From the human T2T-CHM13v2.0 reference genome, Homo sapiens: DNA of 64,000 bases. The DNA is taken from assembly GCF_009914755.1 (NCBI RefSeq), contig NC_060942.1, one strand, 5' to 3'. Positions 1-48,684 of the stretch are shown in pieces (the first letter of the stretch is position 1; each line of letters opens with the position of its first letter). The translations under genes were made by a program, and so were the position numbers. Below the pieces are notes generated by a model that worked only from the letters and a program-made list of their open reading frames with translations, was not told where the DNA came from and did not search any database.

Positions 1-1037
1 TCTTACTAGAAGGCATGTAGTAACTGCATTATGTTTTTAAAACTTTTGGGTTTAGATTTGTATTTCTTTCAGATATCATACCGCACTGAGATTGACCTTT
101 AAACTGGAATAAGTAGGACTTCGAACACCACTAAACCTGTATCAGCTCTTCTAATAGGAAATTTCTGCAGAAAGGGAGAGTTATTGTGAAAAAAAAACTT
201 ATTGTCTTTAAAATGTTAATTTCATCTGCTGCAGTATTACTAGTATGATAAAGATGGTTATTAATGACTAGAAGTATGGCCGGAGGTTCCTTTCCCAAGT
301 GCTCACTTTTGTTAATCCTATAATTCAGATTCAAATGAAATAGGCTGTGTCCCATTCCCTGTGTGGAGGGATATTAGAGTGCTCCCGGACTGTCTAGGTA
401 TTCTAGACAGCCTGTTGTAGTTTTCTGCCTACACACCGCTCTGATCTCTTCCTTCCTCTTGATTAACTCAATTTTCTGTTACATATTCCTAGAGAGCTCC
501 ACCCGATTCCACACTGCAACACCCCAGGTGTGAAATACAGCCTCCATTTCTTGTTTTCCACAGAAAGCCCCATGCACATAAGGCATCTAAGTGAGTAGCA
601 AACTTATTGAAGTTTGAGGCAGTGGAAAGAAAAGATCTTCCTCTGAAAACTCTGGACATTTGGTGGAGTCACACCTCAGCAAAGGACTTAAGTTAGCCCT
701 AAAGTCTCCACCAAACCTGCCCTAAGAAAACTTAAGAAGAAACCTCAAAAGGACTCAATTTATTTGTTTAATAAATAACTTAAACTGCCGCCGGAACAAG
801 GCTCAACAAGTAACAAAATTGATTTTGTTTATTATAATAAGGTAAAATTCCCAATGTCCAGCACTAACTTGTTTACAATTTTAAAACAAGCAAGCTTTTG
901 ACAGCTTTCTTCCCTGAATGATAACAGAAACTCACAGTACACCTGGCTCCCCACAGGAGGACATTTGCCATTGATTCCAAAGGAATTCTGTAATGATGTA
1001 AATGTGAAGGGATTGGGACATCTCTTGCTAAAAAAGG

Positions 1038-1038
<1 letters not shown>

Positions 1039-1072
<34 letters not shown>
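1039..1072. repeat. (CA)17 microsatellite
   Basis: Direct reading. Confidence 0.97.
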
Positions 1073-1074
<2 letters not shown>

Positions 1075-1099
1075 CACACGTAATATTTGTAAGAACATT

Positions 1100-1136
1100 C
1101 CATTACAGATTTTTTGTGGCACTTTTTAATAGTACA
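1100..1136 (-). terminator. Candidate distal poly(A) site of an extended DSC2 3' UTR
   Basis: ATTAAA at 1125-1130, upstream UGUA elements and downstream (UG)17. The position fits my recollection of a gene span of about 43.5 kb. Confidence 0.4.
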
Positions 1137-1254
1137 TCTCCGTGAACATATTATATCACTTCTGGGACTACATATTTTTGAGAGCAGAGGCCATATCTTA
1201 CATACAGTAGATACCAAATAAATTTTAACACCGAACATTTACATAGAACTATGT

Positions 1255-1390
1255 TCTAGCAATTTTTTAAAGCAGATGAGGAAACTGAAGACTAGGGAGG
1301 TTCAGGTTACACAGATGGTTTGTGGTAGAGCCCAGATCTGAACCTTGCCTGTTGGGCCCCAAGGGACCCAAAGTTCAGGCTCTATCCCAG
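1255..1390 (-). mobile_element. MIR fragment
   Basis: cagatgaggaaactga core motif. Confidence 0.6.
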
Positions 1391-4300
1391 ACCGCTCTGT
1401 TAGGTTGCATGGAGAATGCGATGCATTGTGCAAAGATTAACTGTGATTGTGTCTACTACAGGAGAAATAAGGAGCAGCTTAGCTTGCTAAAAAGTGAACA
1501 CATTTAATTGGTTTAAACTTGCATTCATTATGCAAACTTTGCTTGAAATATTTCATTTGACAATTCTAGTAAATTAATACCTATTCTTAGTCTAGATAGT
1601 GCATAACAAATTACTGACGACAAATCCTAAGTGCGTTAAAGTAAAATTTTAAGACCAAAAGCACATGAATGCACTCAGTTATGATAATGTGAGATGATAC
1701 AGTATTTTCTTTTTGCTTTCAATTTAATCATTTACTGTAAATATAATATGTTCAGTGAAAACTTTATTTATTAAAGCTAAGATGAAAAGGCTTTTCTTCA
1801 CAGGCCTGTAAGCTCCCCAAATTCTAAAGCCTGTGAGTTTTTCTTGCTCTGTATTTCATTTACATGAACTTTTCCCTCAATGTTATAAATTATAAATGCT
1901 TGTGGTAAAATGAAAACATGGAAACACACAATGAATAAATATTTCATTTACCGAGGATTTATCACTCAATATCTTAGTGTATTACAGATAGTCTCATATT
2001 TATTTAAATGTGAGATTATAATAATTTGGAAACCTATCCTAGTTTTAAAATACTACTATAGTTTATGTCTTTTCCCATTTAATTAAAGTTTTCAAAATAA
2101 AATGATTGCATGATATTCCATCATCATATCACAATAGTGATAGCTGCTGGTTATTGATATACTGATGAGCCAAGCAGTAAGCTAGGATCTTTATGTGAAT
2201 TATATAATTTATTCCTAATTTGTCCTTATTTGATATGCTAGAAATTTGAGGTTTCTGTGATTTCCCAAGGTAACACAGCAAGAACAAAGCTGAGATTTGG
2301 ATCCACATCTTTCTGACTGCGAAGTCTGTGTGTGATCATTGTTTCCATTGTCCTCAATTATGGTACATTGTATCACAGTAATGGATCATACATCATTTAA
2401 TTACTTCCCTGTCATGGAACATTTAGTTTATTTTCAGTTATTCATATATTTAATGCCACTGAGACAAACATCCTTGCATGTGAGTAGAATCTTTACACTA
2501 TTCTCTTACTTCTTTTGGATAAATCCCTTTTACTTGATTTCATTGGTAATTCTGCATCACATCTGTGTATATTGACACCCTCTGCTCCTTTCACCTCTGG
2601 CTTTCTGAGCCTCTCATTCCCTATTGGTTAACTCATGTCCTTGGTGCCTGGGAGTTTTCCAATTGGCCCTGTTCCCAGGGGAACACTCCTTAAGCTGAAA
2701 AGTCTCGTCTCTACCCTCATCTCCCACCCCTGATTCACAGGCCCCTCTGAAGCTCCTGGCCGCCACAGTCAGTGAGCATTACCTGTTACCCCACCTGACA
2801 CAGGTCCCCACACAACAGCACAGTGATGCCAAACAGTTGCTGCCTTCTGGACAGTCACTTGTTCCACCTGCTGTTGACCTTTCTAGTTCTATTTATCTCT
2901 GGAGACTTGGCAATTCTGATTTTTAAAAATATATGCAACTTACTTTGCATACATCTTCTTGACTAGCAGCATTTATGTGGCAAAACTTGTTAATTTTTAT
3001 TAAATGTTTTCTGTGTGGCTTTGTTCTGCATTCCTACCTTAAGACTATTTCTCTCGTTCACATGCATGTAGAAAGTAGAAACCACAGGGAACAATGTACA
3101 TTCTGAAATGCTTAATTTGCAGACATTGTGAAATTTTACTCATCAATGTGTTTCAACTCTTTGGTACATTTCTAGCATTTTGCTTAATATGTTTTATATG
3201 AAAAGGCAAATTTTAAATACTTAAGTTTCATAAACCACCAAATAATCAATAAACCCAGTTACTAAAACCCTAACAATTGTCAAACTTTAGAGTAAGAAAA
3301 AATGACCTAGAAAATGTATTGAAAAGTGAAGGCTTCTATACTTTTCCCCTACTAGCCTGTTACTCCTGTGACTGATTCATGAGGGATCTCTATTTTCAGC
3401 AACACCAGGGTGATTCTGATGCTGATGGTCAGTGAAACACACTCTAAAAATTATACAAGCAAATATATCAGCAAGTTTGCCTTCATATTTGTTAACTGAA
3501 AAGCAGTGAGTGTTCTGCTCTGTCCTCTCCCTTGAATCCTAACAAAATAAGTAAACAGAAAAGATGTGGCTAGCAGAAACTCCACAATTCTAACCTCTCA
3601 GCTATGCCCAGATTTTCTGTAGGGATACAAAGGTACAGTCACAAAGGGAAGAGAGAATGAAACAAAACAGCCCTTGCCATTTCCCATGCACCAACTATCA
3701 CTCCATACGGAGGCACATCAGTGAGTATCTCTTCTTTAATCTCACATATACCTAGAATTTAGGATATACCAAATGGCTTGAGAAGAATATGCTCCAAATC
3801 CATGACACAGTAAAATTCCTCTATAAAACAAGATTTAGGGTGTGTTCTTTTAAATTAAAGTGCTCTGTTTACCTGACTAGCTATTTCAAAGCTCTAGCTT
3901 CTTTTTGTTGCCTGTTTTTTAGCATTATGCTCTTTTGTTTTACCTTAAGACTCTATATTGCATGTCTTATTTGAAATATCTAAAGTTTAAAATGCAGCCT
4001 CATAATGTATCTATTTGCTTAATTTAAAACATTTAAGCAAAAGTAATAGGTTCTGCTTCTTAGCTATTGATGGGATAAAGAACACAAGGACAGGTGGGGA
4101 GAGAAGAGCTTCTTGGAAGAAAGATCAGATCCTACTTCTCAAGATTTCAGTCCTCAAACCTAGAAAACCAGAACTGGTGAAGAGGAAATAATAAAGGGGG
4201 TCATACAACTGATCCCCTCTCCCCAGAAAGCAAAACACATAGGTCTGTCCTACATGTCCTACGTGAGAAGAGCAGGGCTGGGAACTACCTCTTACGTGTT

Positions 4301-5317
4301 ATCTTCCAAGTGACATTATCAGTTCACAGCACAATATAGGCATTGCCTCTGAGGCTCATTGCTATGCATTTCTTTCCCTATTCTCTACTTCTTGTGTGAA
4401 GATTTTCTTCTCTCAGGGCACACATGAGCACAGTGGTTTCCTGTTACAGAATGTTCTCCCAGCCTAACATGGAAAAAGCTCGTAGATGTATGCCACTTTC
4501 TTTGCTTTGTGGTTTCTCAAGATATTTTTTGAAGCAAGGCCTGACTTACAACATTTTATAAATAACTAATGGGAATTTTGGCAAACTCATAAGAATCATT
4601 TCTTGAATTTCTAAACATAAGTGGTTTTTAGTTGCTTTTCCTCAGGTGGTTAGAGAGTGGCCTTTTGGTTAAAAAAAAAAAAATTCACTGCAGTGTTTGA
4701 ACCTGGCAATGATGAAGTGACAGTCGCAAACATAATTTTCACATTGGCTAAAAATTTTCAAGTTGAGAAAAAGAATTCTTTAGGCAATATGCAGTCTGAT
4801 CTTAGTCAGGTACCTAACACACATGTGCATTTATTCATTCATCCATTTATTCATCACACACCAAATATATTCAGTGTCTACTGCTCTACATGTTAGGCAT
4901 ACAGTGGTCAAGAAGACAGAGGAGAACCCTTGGGGGTTACATTTCAATATGGGGCAATTATTGGTGGCTACAAGTAGGTTCGTGCAATTATTGGTGGTAG
5001 GATTTGAGCTGGCCTGAACCACAATATTCAGACACTACCCCTTCTGTCTGCCCCTCTCACTATCCCAAGGGAGAAGGGATTCCAAAATCTCAACACTTCA
5101 CTTTCCTGTATTAAGCTGTGAATGCAAACAATTGTTCTAGTCATTCAATGTCTTCTGAGGAAAAACAATTCAGTGCAGAATCTAACATACACCATGTCTA
5201 TCATGTAAAATTTATGCCACAGAAAATTAGTATGTGCTGAGAATAAAAAACCTAACTTTTATTATTTCTCTTTTTTCCTTTATGACCTGGGCAATATAAT
5301 TTGATGAATCAAAATTT

Positions 5318-5618
<301 letters not shown>

Positions 5619-5904
5619 TTAATGGCCAGAGTTGTATAGGCATGCAATTGTGAACACCTTTCTTGGTCCTTAGTGTCCTACATGAAAGAAAAGAAACACA
5701 CACACAAACCTGTAGATGAAAACTTTACAGCCATGTGCTCTAGACACACAAATGTCTAGGCGGTAGTATTTTTACTAGATCCTCAAAAAGTAATATTTTT
5801 ACAAAGAAAGAGACAATGAGTAAAGACATTGTAAAAAGAGAACTAATCATGAGCAAGGCACAAATTGAAAAATGAAGGATACAAGGAGATTGGGGAAATT
5901 AGTA

Positions 5905-6128
5905 CAGAAGGTCCTCAACTTAAGATGGCTCGATCTGATATTTCAACTTTATGATGGTGTCAAAGAAATATGCATTCAGCATTCTCCTACACTTATGAGA
6001 CTACATCCCAATAAGCTTATTTTAAGTTGAACATATGGTAAATGGAAAATGCTGTTTTGATTTGTAATATTTTCAATTTACCATGGGTTTATCAGGATGT
6101 AACCCCATCATAAGTCAAGAAGCATCTG
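5905..6128. mobile_element. TcMar-Tigger MITE (MER47/Tigger5-like)
   Basis: Imperfect 24-bp TIRs cagaaggtcctcaacttaagatgg / ccatcataagtcaagaagcatctg, each flanked by TA. Confidence 0.8.
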
Positions 6129-7619
6129 TATTTAAAAGTGATTTTGTGTTTAGAATTTATCCTCTAAAACCCTATAGAAAGCTCTTAGGCAGAATGGCAT
6201 GATCATATCTGCTCTTTGATGGCCCTTGAAAAAAGAGAAGAGGGAAGAAATTGGAAGCATAAACACCATTGGAGCTGAGTGATGCTGAAGATTTAATCTG
6301 GGGTACTGGCGGGGGGGAATATTGATCAGGAATGAAGTGAAGAGTGGGAACAGCTGACATAGGGTACACCTCAACCTCATGAATGCTTGGATTGGGAGTA
6401 GCAGAAGCAGAAGTTCACTCACTAGTGTCCTGAAGTTCTTTCACATCATCTGAAGCTTTTTAAAAACATGCATTATGCACTTACTATGTGCCAGGCATTG
6501 TGTGATGTGTTTTACAGGCATTAGCCCACTCCTTACATCCACCGTGTCTTGACTTGCATTCAAGTGTGTGGGTGGGGAGAGTGGCTGATTCATCTTGCAC
6601 TTTCTCATAGAAGCACAGTCCTTCTAGTCTCTGTTTTAAAAGGCTACATATGACTGCACTGGGAAGGCATCAAATGACTACAGTACAAACAAAGTATTTA
6701 ATGAATGAAATTGTGTCTACAATTCTCAAAAGTTTGGCAGTTTTTGGCAAAAAATAGAGGATGCTATGGAAAGAAGAGAGAGGAATCAAGGATTCTCTGT
6801 TTCAAGCCTAAGTAAGTGGAAGAAGGGCACCATTGTGTAAATAACTCAGGAGAACCTGATTTGATGTGGTAGTATGTGTTTGTCTTTTTGCATGAGTTTG
6901 AAGTGCTAGGTTAACAGGGGGCTCGCAGGGGAGCTGATATAAGAGCTGTAGGTTTATACGGATATCAGGTAACTTCTTAGGGCTTTGAATATTTAAGGAG
7001 GTGAAAAACAAGATGATTCTAGGCACAAAGAAGGGAAAGCATTTTATTTTGGAGATGATACTAAAGGGGCTGATCAGAGCAAAGTCAGTTGTCAAGACTT
7101 CAATCTGGAGTCCAGGAATGGAGATGGAGACAAAAGGGAAGCCTGTAGTCAAAGTCAGATTTGGCAAAACAGAATTGGGATCCAAGATAAAAACAGTCTT
7201 AAGATGGGAATAAAGAAAAAGTAATGATTACCAGGAGCCCCCAGACACACACTGCATGGAACAGAAGATCTTGCTGCTTTTCATTTGCTGAAGAAGCACC
7301 AGCCATTTCTTCGGGAAACTCTTTATGATTTTGCCTCCTCGAGAATTTTACCTGCCTTTTCAGTTAAGCATCAAGATTTATCACACTGACTTCTGGCTAG
7401 GGATGAATAAGATGTAACTTGCTGAATACCACAAATGAGAGACCTGGAAGCTACTATGAGCCATGAAATTCCCAAAGGCCATCACTGGTGAAATACTGGT
7501 CGGGCTTCTGGGAAAGGTGAATAAGAGCATCATGGCAAGATGTCAGCAGTAAAGCAGAGTGGAGACTGAAGCTAAATTGTTCCCAACTCAGGCGTTCTCT
7601 GCTCATAGAACAATAGCAG

Positions 7620-7830
7620 TGGCTAAGGTACATGATTGAGTGCTAACTCTATGCCAACTCTTTTCATGAATTAACTCTGACAAAGCCCTGTCAAGTAGAC
7701 TCCTCTACCCTCCTCAGTACAGGTCCTATAAGTAAGGAAACTAAGCACAGAAAGCTTAAGTGACTTCTCAAATCCCACAGCTAGTAAGGATAGAGCCGGA
7801 ATTTGCATCAAGACACTCTTACTTGGAAGT
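7620..7830 (-). mobile_element. MIR
   Basis: gaaactaagcacagaaagcttaagtgactt...cacagctagtaag MIR core. Confidence 0.6.
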
Positions 7831-8234
7831 CTTAGCACTTGGGGTTACTATGACGACTGCCAAACAGCCATGACCTCCCAGGCAAGTGACTGCTAATGTC
7901 TAGCTGGACAGCTAGGGAAGAAGCCAAGGAAGGGATTGACAGGGAGAATCTAAAATACACATAATTTTCATAGGGTGTTAGAATTAGTGCCCATTTTAAG
8001 AAGCAGATGTTCTGCTTTTCATCCAATTTGAACCTTACAGTTTCACAGTGTTTCAAACCAGGCAATCCCATACGAATGCCTCAGCAATCTTTGCACTACG
8101 TATTCTGAAAAACTGAACATACAAGACCCAGTCATCAGGTGATCATTATGAAGAGACATGTTCTACAGTGAAAAGAAAAATCTTTTCAGTATCTTATTGT
8201 CTTAATTGACCTTTTGTTAACATGAAATGAATTG

Positions 8235-10282
8235 TACATGTGACTTGTTTAAAATCATTTATTATTATCAGGAGTGCCTTTTAGGTGGACCGCTCTGTAT
8301 GACTCTCATGCTTCAAAACTATTTTTTATTCAAGTGACTTACAATGGCCCTAGGAAACAAGTTCTGTTATTATCCCCCATTTTAAAATGATGAAAATGGA
8401 CAAAGCAAAAGCAAGCAACTTAACCAATACCCCATGGCCTCACAGCCTTTAGAATAGTCATATTATATAAATATGGCAATAACAATGCACTGAAAATGTC
8501 TCCAAAACAAACTCTACATTTTAAAAAATGTATAACAGGAATCTAAGGAAGGGGTCTTACTTCTCTGATTCAGGGAGTGCGAAATCCCTTAAACTCATAT
8601 CAGACCTGTGATGAACAAACTCACACTAAGTTTTAAAAACTGCTTAATTTACTTTATCATGACTAGTAATATATAAGAATTTTGTATATACTTTATTAAA
8701 AATAACTTTGGAAAACTATTTTTGCCTGATCAGCAATAAAACTACTGATAAGATAAGCTGGTTATCAAATAATTCCCTAGTGTTAATCTGGCAAATAATT
8801 GTTATAACCCAATCTTGTGAATTGAAGACAGGCACATTATAGATAATCAAAAATATTAGAAACACATTTAAAATGTCCATATGTTTAGTATAAATAGAAA
8901 ATTCATTGACTAAAATAAGTCATGAAACATGGACTGGAATTTTGTGAGCTATTAAGTTTCATTTTGTTTTACTGTTTTAAAATTTAAATAGTTTGGCTCA
9001 TTTCTACATTTGTTAAAATTGTAATCTTAAAATATTAAAAAAATAACTTTACAAACACACAGATATGACTAGCCATTTTATCTAAGTTATAAAATAGTTA
9101 CCCCAGGGAGCCTTCAAGATCCCTATATTTTAAAGCTTATTTCAAAAACCATCACTACTTCACATTTTTAAACTGCATCCTTGCATTACAGAACTGTAAA
9201 TGTGTTGTCATACAGTAAATATCCACATCCCAATTCTAATTACACCATTCTTGTTGTTAACACAGAGCACTGCTTCTAATAAAAGCATGGCATAGTTCTA
9301 CAGTTTCAATGGCAAAATTAAAGGTTTTTTTTGTTGAAGAGATAATGAAGCAATCACCAAGATATTTGAAACAACAAAGTTAACATTACAATGATTTCAA
9401 GAAAAACTAAGAATATATACACTTACATAAAACAAAAAAAAGGAATAATTCACTTTATGAGAGAAGAAAAGAGAGACAGATTTTTAAAATATTTGGATTC
9501 TTTAGCCCATATGGAAATTAAAAAAAAAAAAAAACTGGAGAGAGAAACAGAAAGAGACAGAGAGAAAGAGAGAGATGCTACTTGACATTTTAAAGACCAA
9601 AAACTTGCAGTAGTAAAAATACATTCTGAAAGTATTTTAAAACTTAAATTTCACTGGCAAAAGTAGGTAACAGAGGAGACACAGATTCAGTGCAGGATTT
9701 TATATACAATAAAACCTAAAACTAAACTCCACCAAAATGAAATTGTAATAGTCAATGCCTGGCTAGAAATCTCCCTTTGCACAGTGAAAAGGTCACATTA
9801 CAAGAATAAAATAATAGCAAGAATGCAGTCTACACACTTTAGATGTTCAGGAAAACAACAGTTTCCAAGCACCACATGAACACTTAATTAACTGGAGATA
9901 ATGTTAAAGCAAGGTCTCTACAATTTTCCATTAGGTTGTGCTTCAAATAGTCTATAATAAGGACTTGAATTAATTACATTTTATTGCACTATAAATTGGC
10001 TGTTGTCATTATACCCAAATGTAACAAATAAGGCAGACTTTAATTTCTCTGTAGACCTCCTTGGATAGAAGATAAGTAATTTAAAAATATGTAAAAATTG
10101 AAAAATTTGTGTACTTGTTTATAGTGTCTCTCTGTAAATGTGCATTTGACCAAAGAGATTCCATCCAAATAATGAGAGAAAAACCCCCACAAATAGCATC
10201 TTCTGCTTTAAAAAATTCTTGGTTTGTAATTTTTTTTAAAAGTCATAAAGCCACTGGCTTTCAGAGACTTATTAGAACACAC
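8235..10282 (-). other. DSC2: DSC2 3' UTR (about 2 kb form), with candidate poly(A) hexamers
   Basis: AT-rich and free of interspersed repeats after the stop. Minus-strand AATAAA at 9980-9985, 8692-8697, 8325-8330 and 8258-8263. The 3' end is inferred. Confidence 0.65.
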
Positions 10283-44221
<33,939 letters not shown>

Positions 44222-47200
44222 GGAGAGGGCTCGGGGCAGGTCGCGGGCCGAGCGTCGGGCCGGGGTAGGAGGGCTCCGCGGGGCGAGGGCCGCGGCCGGA
44301 GCGCAGTCTGGGCCCGCTGCTCAGGAGGAGCGCGAGGCGGAGGAGGTGGGGCGCGCGGAGAGGTGCTTTTCTTAGCTTCTCTGAAGCGCCTGCCTCTCAT
44401 CCAAGGGGCTTTTCCTTTGGCGGAGGGAGGGGCTCCAGACGCGTCCAAAAGACACCGATCGGCCCCTCCTTGTTGTCTATTTAAGACTTAAGACTTCATT
44501 TCTCTAAGAAAGCCACGGGTGGGAACTCCCTCTCGCCGCCACCCTTTTACCTGCGCAAGGTGTTTCTCACCAGCGGACGCCACCTATAAGGCCCATCTCC
44601 CCCACCACGCCCCGGTGTCCGCTCCGCCAGGCGAGATTAACAGCCGGCCCTGCCCAGCAGAAGCCCTGACTGCACAAAGACTCACTCCTGAGTGCGCGGT
44701 CGGCCCCGGCTCCGCCCTGCCCGCTGCCCTCGGCGACGGCCGTGGTCCCTGCCCTGGGGTCAATTACAGAGCGAGGTCTGAGCCGCAGAGGCTGGGTTTT
44801 AGGTCACAGCTGCCTGAGGCCCACCTGACAGAAAGTTGACTCCAGGGAGACTGTTACACACTCTACTGGAGTGAATTTCCTACACACACCCACAAGCAGT
44901 TCAGACATCATAGTCATCTGAGGCACCATTCTTTGGGGTCTTGTGTTTTTAGGAATTTACTGGCATGACAATGATACAAGACAATCGCCATAATTTAGAG
45001 ACAAAAATACATATATACATACATACGTACGTAAAGTTAGGGAATCAAGGCGACTGCAAAATAATAAAATCGAGGGTGAGTTACTATAAGAAATGCATCC
45101 ATTGAGGTCCTAGTCGTGGGCTACATGTGGTTACTGATTTTCTCCAAGAACATCCCTGGTCACAAATAGAGTTATAACTTATTTCCTATACCGGACTCCT
45201 GAACATCCAGTGGAGAGTTCTCACCTTCTTTACTACCATCAAAACCAGAGTTCATGGTGAGAAATGAATAAGAATGGGATAATTTACATTTTTATTTGAA
45301 GTGCACTTAAACTAAATGAATTATTGCAGCACACAATCTGGAAGATTAAGATATAAATGCTGTTTCTTTTAGCTCTTCAGAAAGCAATGACAAGGCATCT
45401 GACTCATCCTCCTGCACCTCTTTTCAATTACTGACTTAAACCAGGTAAGCCTGACCACAAAAGAGAAACTTGTCTGCTCCCTTTTATTTGGTTTAAGTTT
45501 CCTCAGGGATGTCCTGAGAATCCTATGTGAAAAGCCAACCCTGACACTCACACCATTTCGATTCTTGAAAATGTTCACCATCTTAACACCATTGTATGCC
45601 GAGCCAGAATTACTGCAATACTGAGTGTATATTTAAATTAAAAATTAATGTCAAACAGCGCATGCCTTACATTCTCTGTGTCTGTGCTATGCTCATGCCC
45701 TATTTTATTAACGAATGCCACTAATGAGCTGTTCTGTCTCCATATCCATAAAATTATCATTGACCCTTTGCTAGTAAAATAAGCCTGAGTCATCAGCATG
45801 AGACTATAATTGACATCCTTCCGTTTCCATATTTTTTAACACTCATAGTTTTCCATCAATGATACCATAAGCACACCTCATCCTATTAAAGATGACATCA
45901 TGGTCTCTAGCATGAAGCTTTTCAGAGGACAAAAAGAAAGCTATAAGCGTTTCAGGTTCTGGAGATCTACTCAGACTATCATCACAGGCTTTGACTATAG
46001 GACATTTCCAAACTCTTGCCTACTCTTTACCCTCTGATGCCTTAAGGGCAGCTCATGTTTTTCCTCATTCCAGGAAAGGGCGGAAGAGCAATTTGACTAG
46101 AATTCATCTTAGATATTTATTTTCCTCTTTCACATTAATTGATAGAGGCTATTAAAATGGTGATTTGTTTGTTTTATTCCAAAAAAAACTTTCAACAAAA
46201 GAATGGAATATAAAGTACTTTCTCTGAGCAAGTACCCAATTTATTTAATGTATTTAGGTTAGGCTATATGGTCACTGAAATAGATCCCTCTAAAACATAG
46301 GTTTGAAACAAAGGGCATATATTTAAAAAAAAAATGGAATGTGAGTAGATGTGATCTTTTTTTAAAAGAATGACTTTTGCTTATGAATATGATTCTGCTG
46401 CATGAACTAGTTTCCCAATAAAAATATACTTTTTATAGTAAAAAGTACACCAGACCGAAAGTAAGAAGCAACTTCTTTTGTGTTGCTTAAGTAATCTCTC
46501 AGGTCTCAACACTCCCATTTGTCCATCTGTTAAGTAAGATAATCAATAATAATAAGGTAATACTGGAGGCTATCTATGGTACTTTCTACATCTAAAATTA
46601 AACTATTTAGACTGCTTATGACAGATTTTTGAGAAGCTTGGCTGGAAATGGATGTTCATTTCAGAGATAACATAGAAAGTCAGGGCCAGAGCAATCCTTA
46701 AAGAAGTGAACAATTTGCAATCCAAAGCCCACAGGCCAAATCTATCCAGCCTAGCTTCACAATTTTCTAATATCAGAGGCCAGAAACTATTAAGGGCAGC
46801 AACAACCAAAAAAATCCCACTTACTCACTGATGAGCAAATAGAGACAGCTCTGCATGAGCGTTGTGAATCCTGCCAGTTCCTCCCCTGCCAGCACCAGAG
46901 GATGAGTGATCCACAGGGACAGATGTCATCTTCAGGACGAAACCATCTCGGCATGGCATATGACATAGAATGGAATTCAAAAGCAAGGGAAACACAAACC
47001 TAACAGGCAAAAAGCAAGATTAAAGGACATTGTCTAGTTGCTTCATAGGTTGGAGCAGAAAGGGAAACATCTGCTAATCACCGTAAAATAAGCACAATTT
47101 TTTAACCTCTCAGAGCTGTTGCAAGAATTAAATGATATCAAGGCACTCAGAAGAAAGCCTGGCACATTCTAAGTGCTCCCTCAGTGTCAGTTATTGTGGA

Positions 47201-47652
47201 CATCCTCTTCCTCGCCATTGTACGACCACATCTCTCTGATCCATTCACTTCCTCCTCATGACAGCTCCCTATTTCCTGTCCTTCCAGTACCTCTCCTCAG
47301 AGAGTTCTCTGTCCTGGTCTAGGGCTGAACCCTAGTGCTAATTCATTCACCTTCAACCCCCTCTCTTCAACACTAACCCCAGATCTTGTCTGGCATAAAT
47401 GAGTTAACAATGCAATACTAAAATGAGCTGTGCAGTTTGAGTCAGCTGTGTACTTTCTGAAAATTTGAAACAATTGTTTAAAAAGAATCCTTCTCAATTT
47501 AAGAAAAAGTTTTAAAATTCTGTGTTTTCCGACAAATGCTATCTTTACTTTTTAATTCTATGTATATTTCTTTGAATTTCACTTTTAAAAATTGATCTCA
47601 GTGAAACATAGTATGCTAATCAAGTTCAATTTCTATTACATTTCAAAGTTTG

Positions 47653-47951
47653 TTTTTTTTTTTTTTTTTTGAGACGGAGTCTCGCTCTGTCACCCAGGCT
47701 GGTGTGCAGTGGGCGATCTCCATCTCACTACAAGCTCCGCCTCCTGGGTTCACGCCATTCTCCTACCTCAGCTTCCCGAGTAGCTGGGACTACAGGCACC
47801 CGCCACTATGCGCGGCTAATTTTTTGTATTTTTAGTAGAAACAGGGTTTCACCGTGTTAGCCAGGATGGTCTCGATCTCCTGACCTCGTGATCCGCCCGC
47901 CTCGGCCTCCCAGAGTGCTGGGATTACAGGCGTGAGCCACTGCGCCTGGCC
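47653..47951 (-). mobile_element. AluY-like
   Basis: caagctccgcctcctgggttcacgccattc, CpG-rich. Confidence 0.95.
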
Positions 47952-48684
47952 TCAAAGTATTTTTTAAAAATTCAAGGTAGAGTATGAAATAAATTATAAA
48001 TCAGTTCTTATGACAATAGTTTTCATTTAGCAGTCACTCAATTAAAACAAGCAAATGAATGAATTCTGAGGCAATTGTGTTGAACGTGACTGGAGACAGT
48101 TCACAATGTCTGGTCTGCCTTTAATAGACGCAGTTGACATGAGCTCCCCCTCCCGCCCAGTGGTGCAATGAAATAATGTATCCTTAAAACTACAAAACTT
48201 TCATTTGTATGCTTTACCAATTAACTAACTCAGCAAGTATTTACTGAGCATCTACTATGTCTAAGGCATTGTTCTGGGCATGGGAAATGCAGTGGTGAAC
48301 AAGACAGAAAGGACACTTACTCAAGGGAAACACCTACAGAATTATAAGATAGCTAGGTTGGATAAGAAATACTCTCCACTTGAGATTTATATCATGTTGA
48401 CTTCTTTGGGAAAAAAAAAGTGAAGATTAATCTCGAGTTAATTGCAAAATAAAATATAGAGTGTTTTATAAGGATAAAAAAATTACCAAGATAAAACTTG
48501 TTAATATCTTTTCATGGATTATGAAATGTTACTCTAGATAACCTAATCTAGAACATGTATCCTCTTGGCTTGCTGGATTGCAATAACTCTTGGTTTTTTT
48601 CTTCCCTTGCTGGCTGTATTTATGTATTCTCCTTGGCTGGTTCCTTCTTCTCTGACCTCTAAATATTATTGTGCCTGTAAATAT

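Noticed and set aside
390-410. 8-bp hairpin ctgtctag-N5-ctagacag
   Set aside because: Too short to be unexpected in 64 kb.
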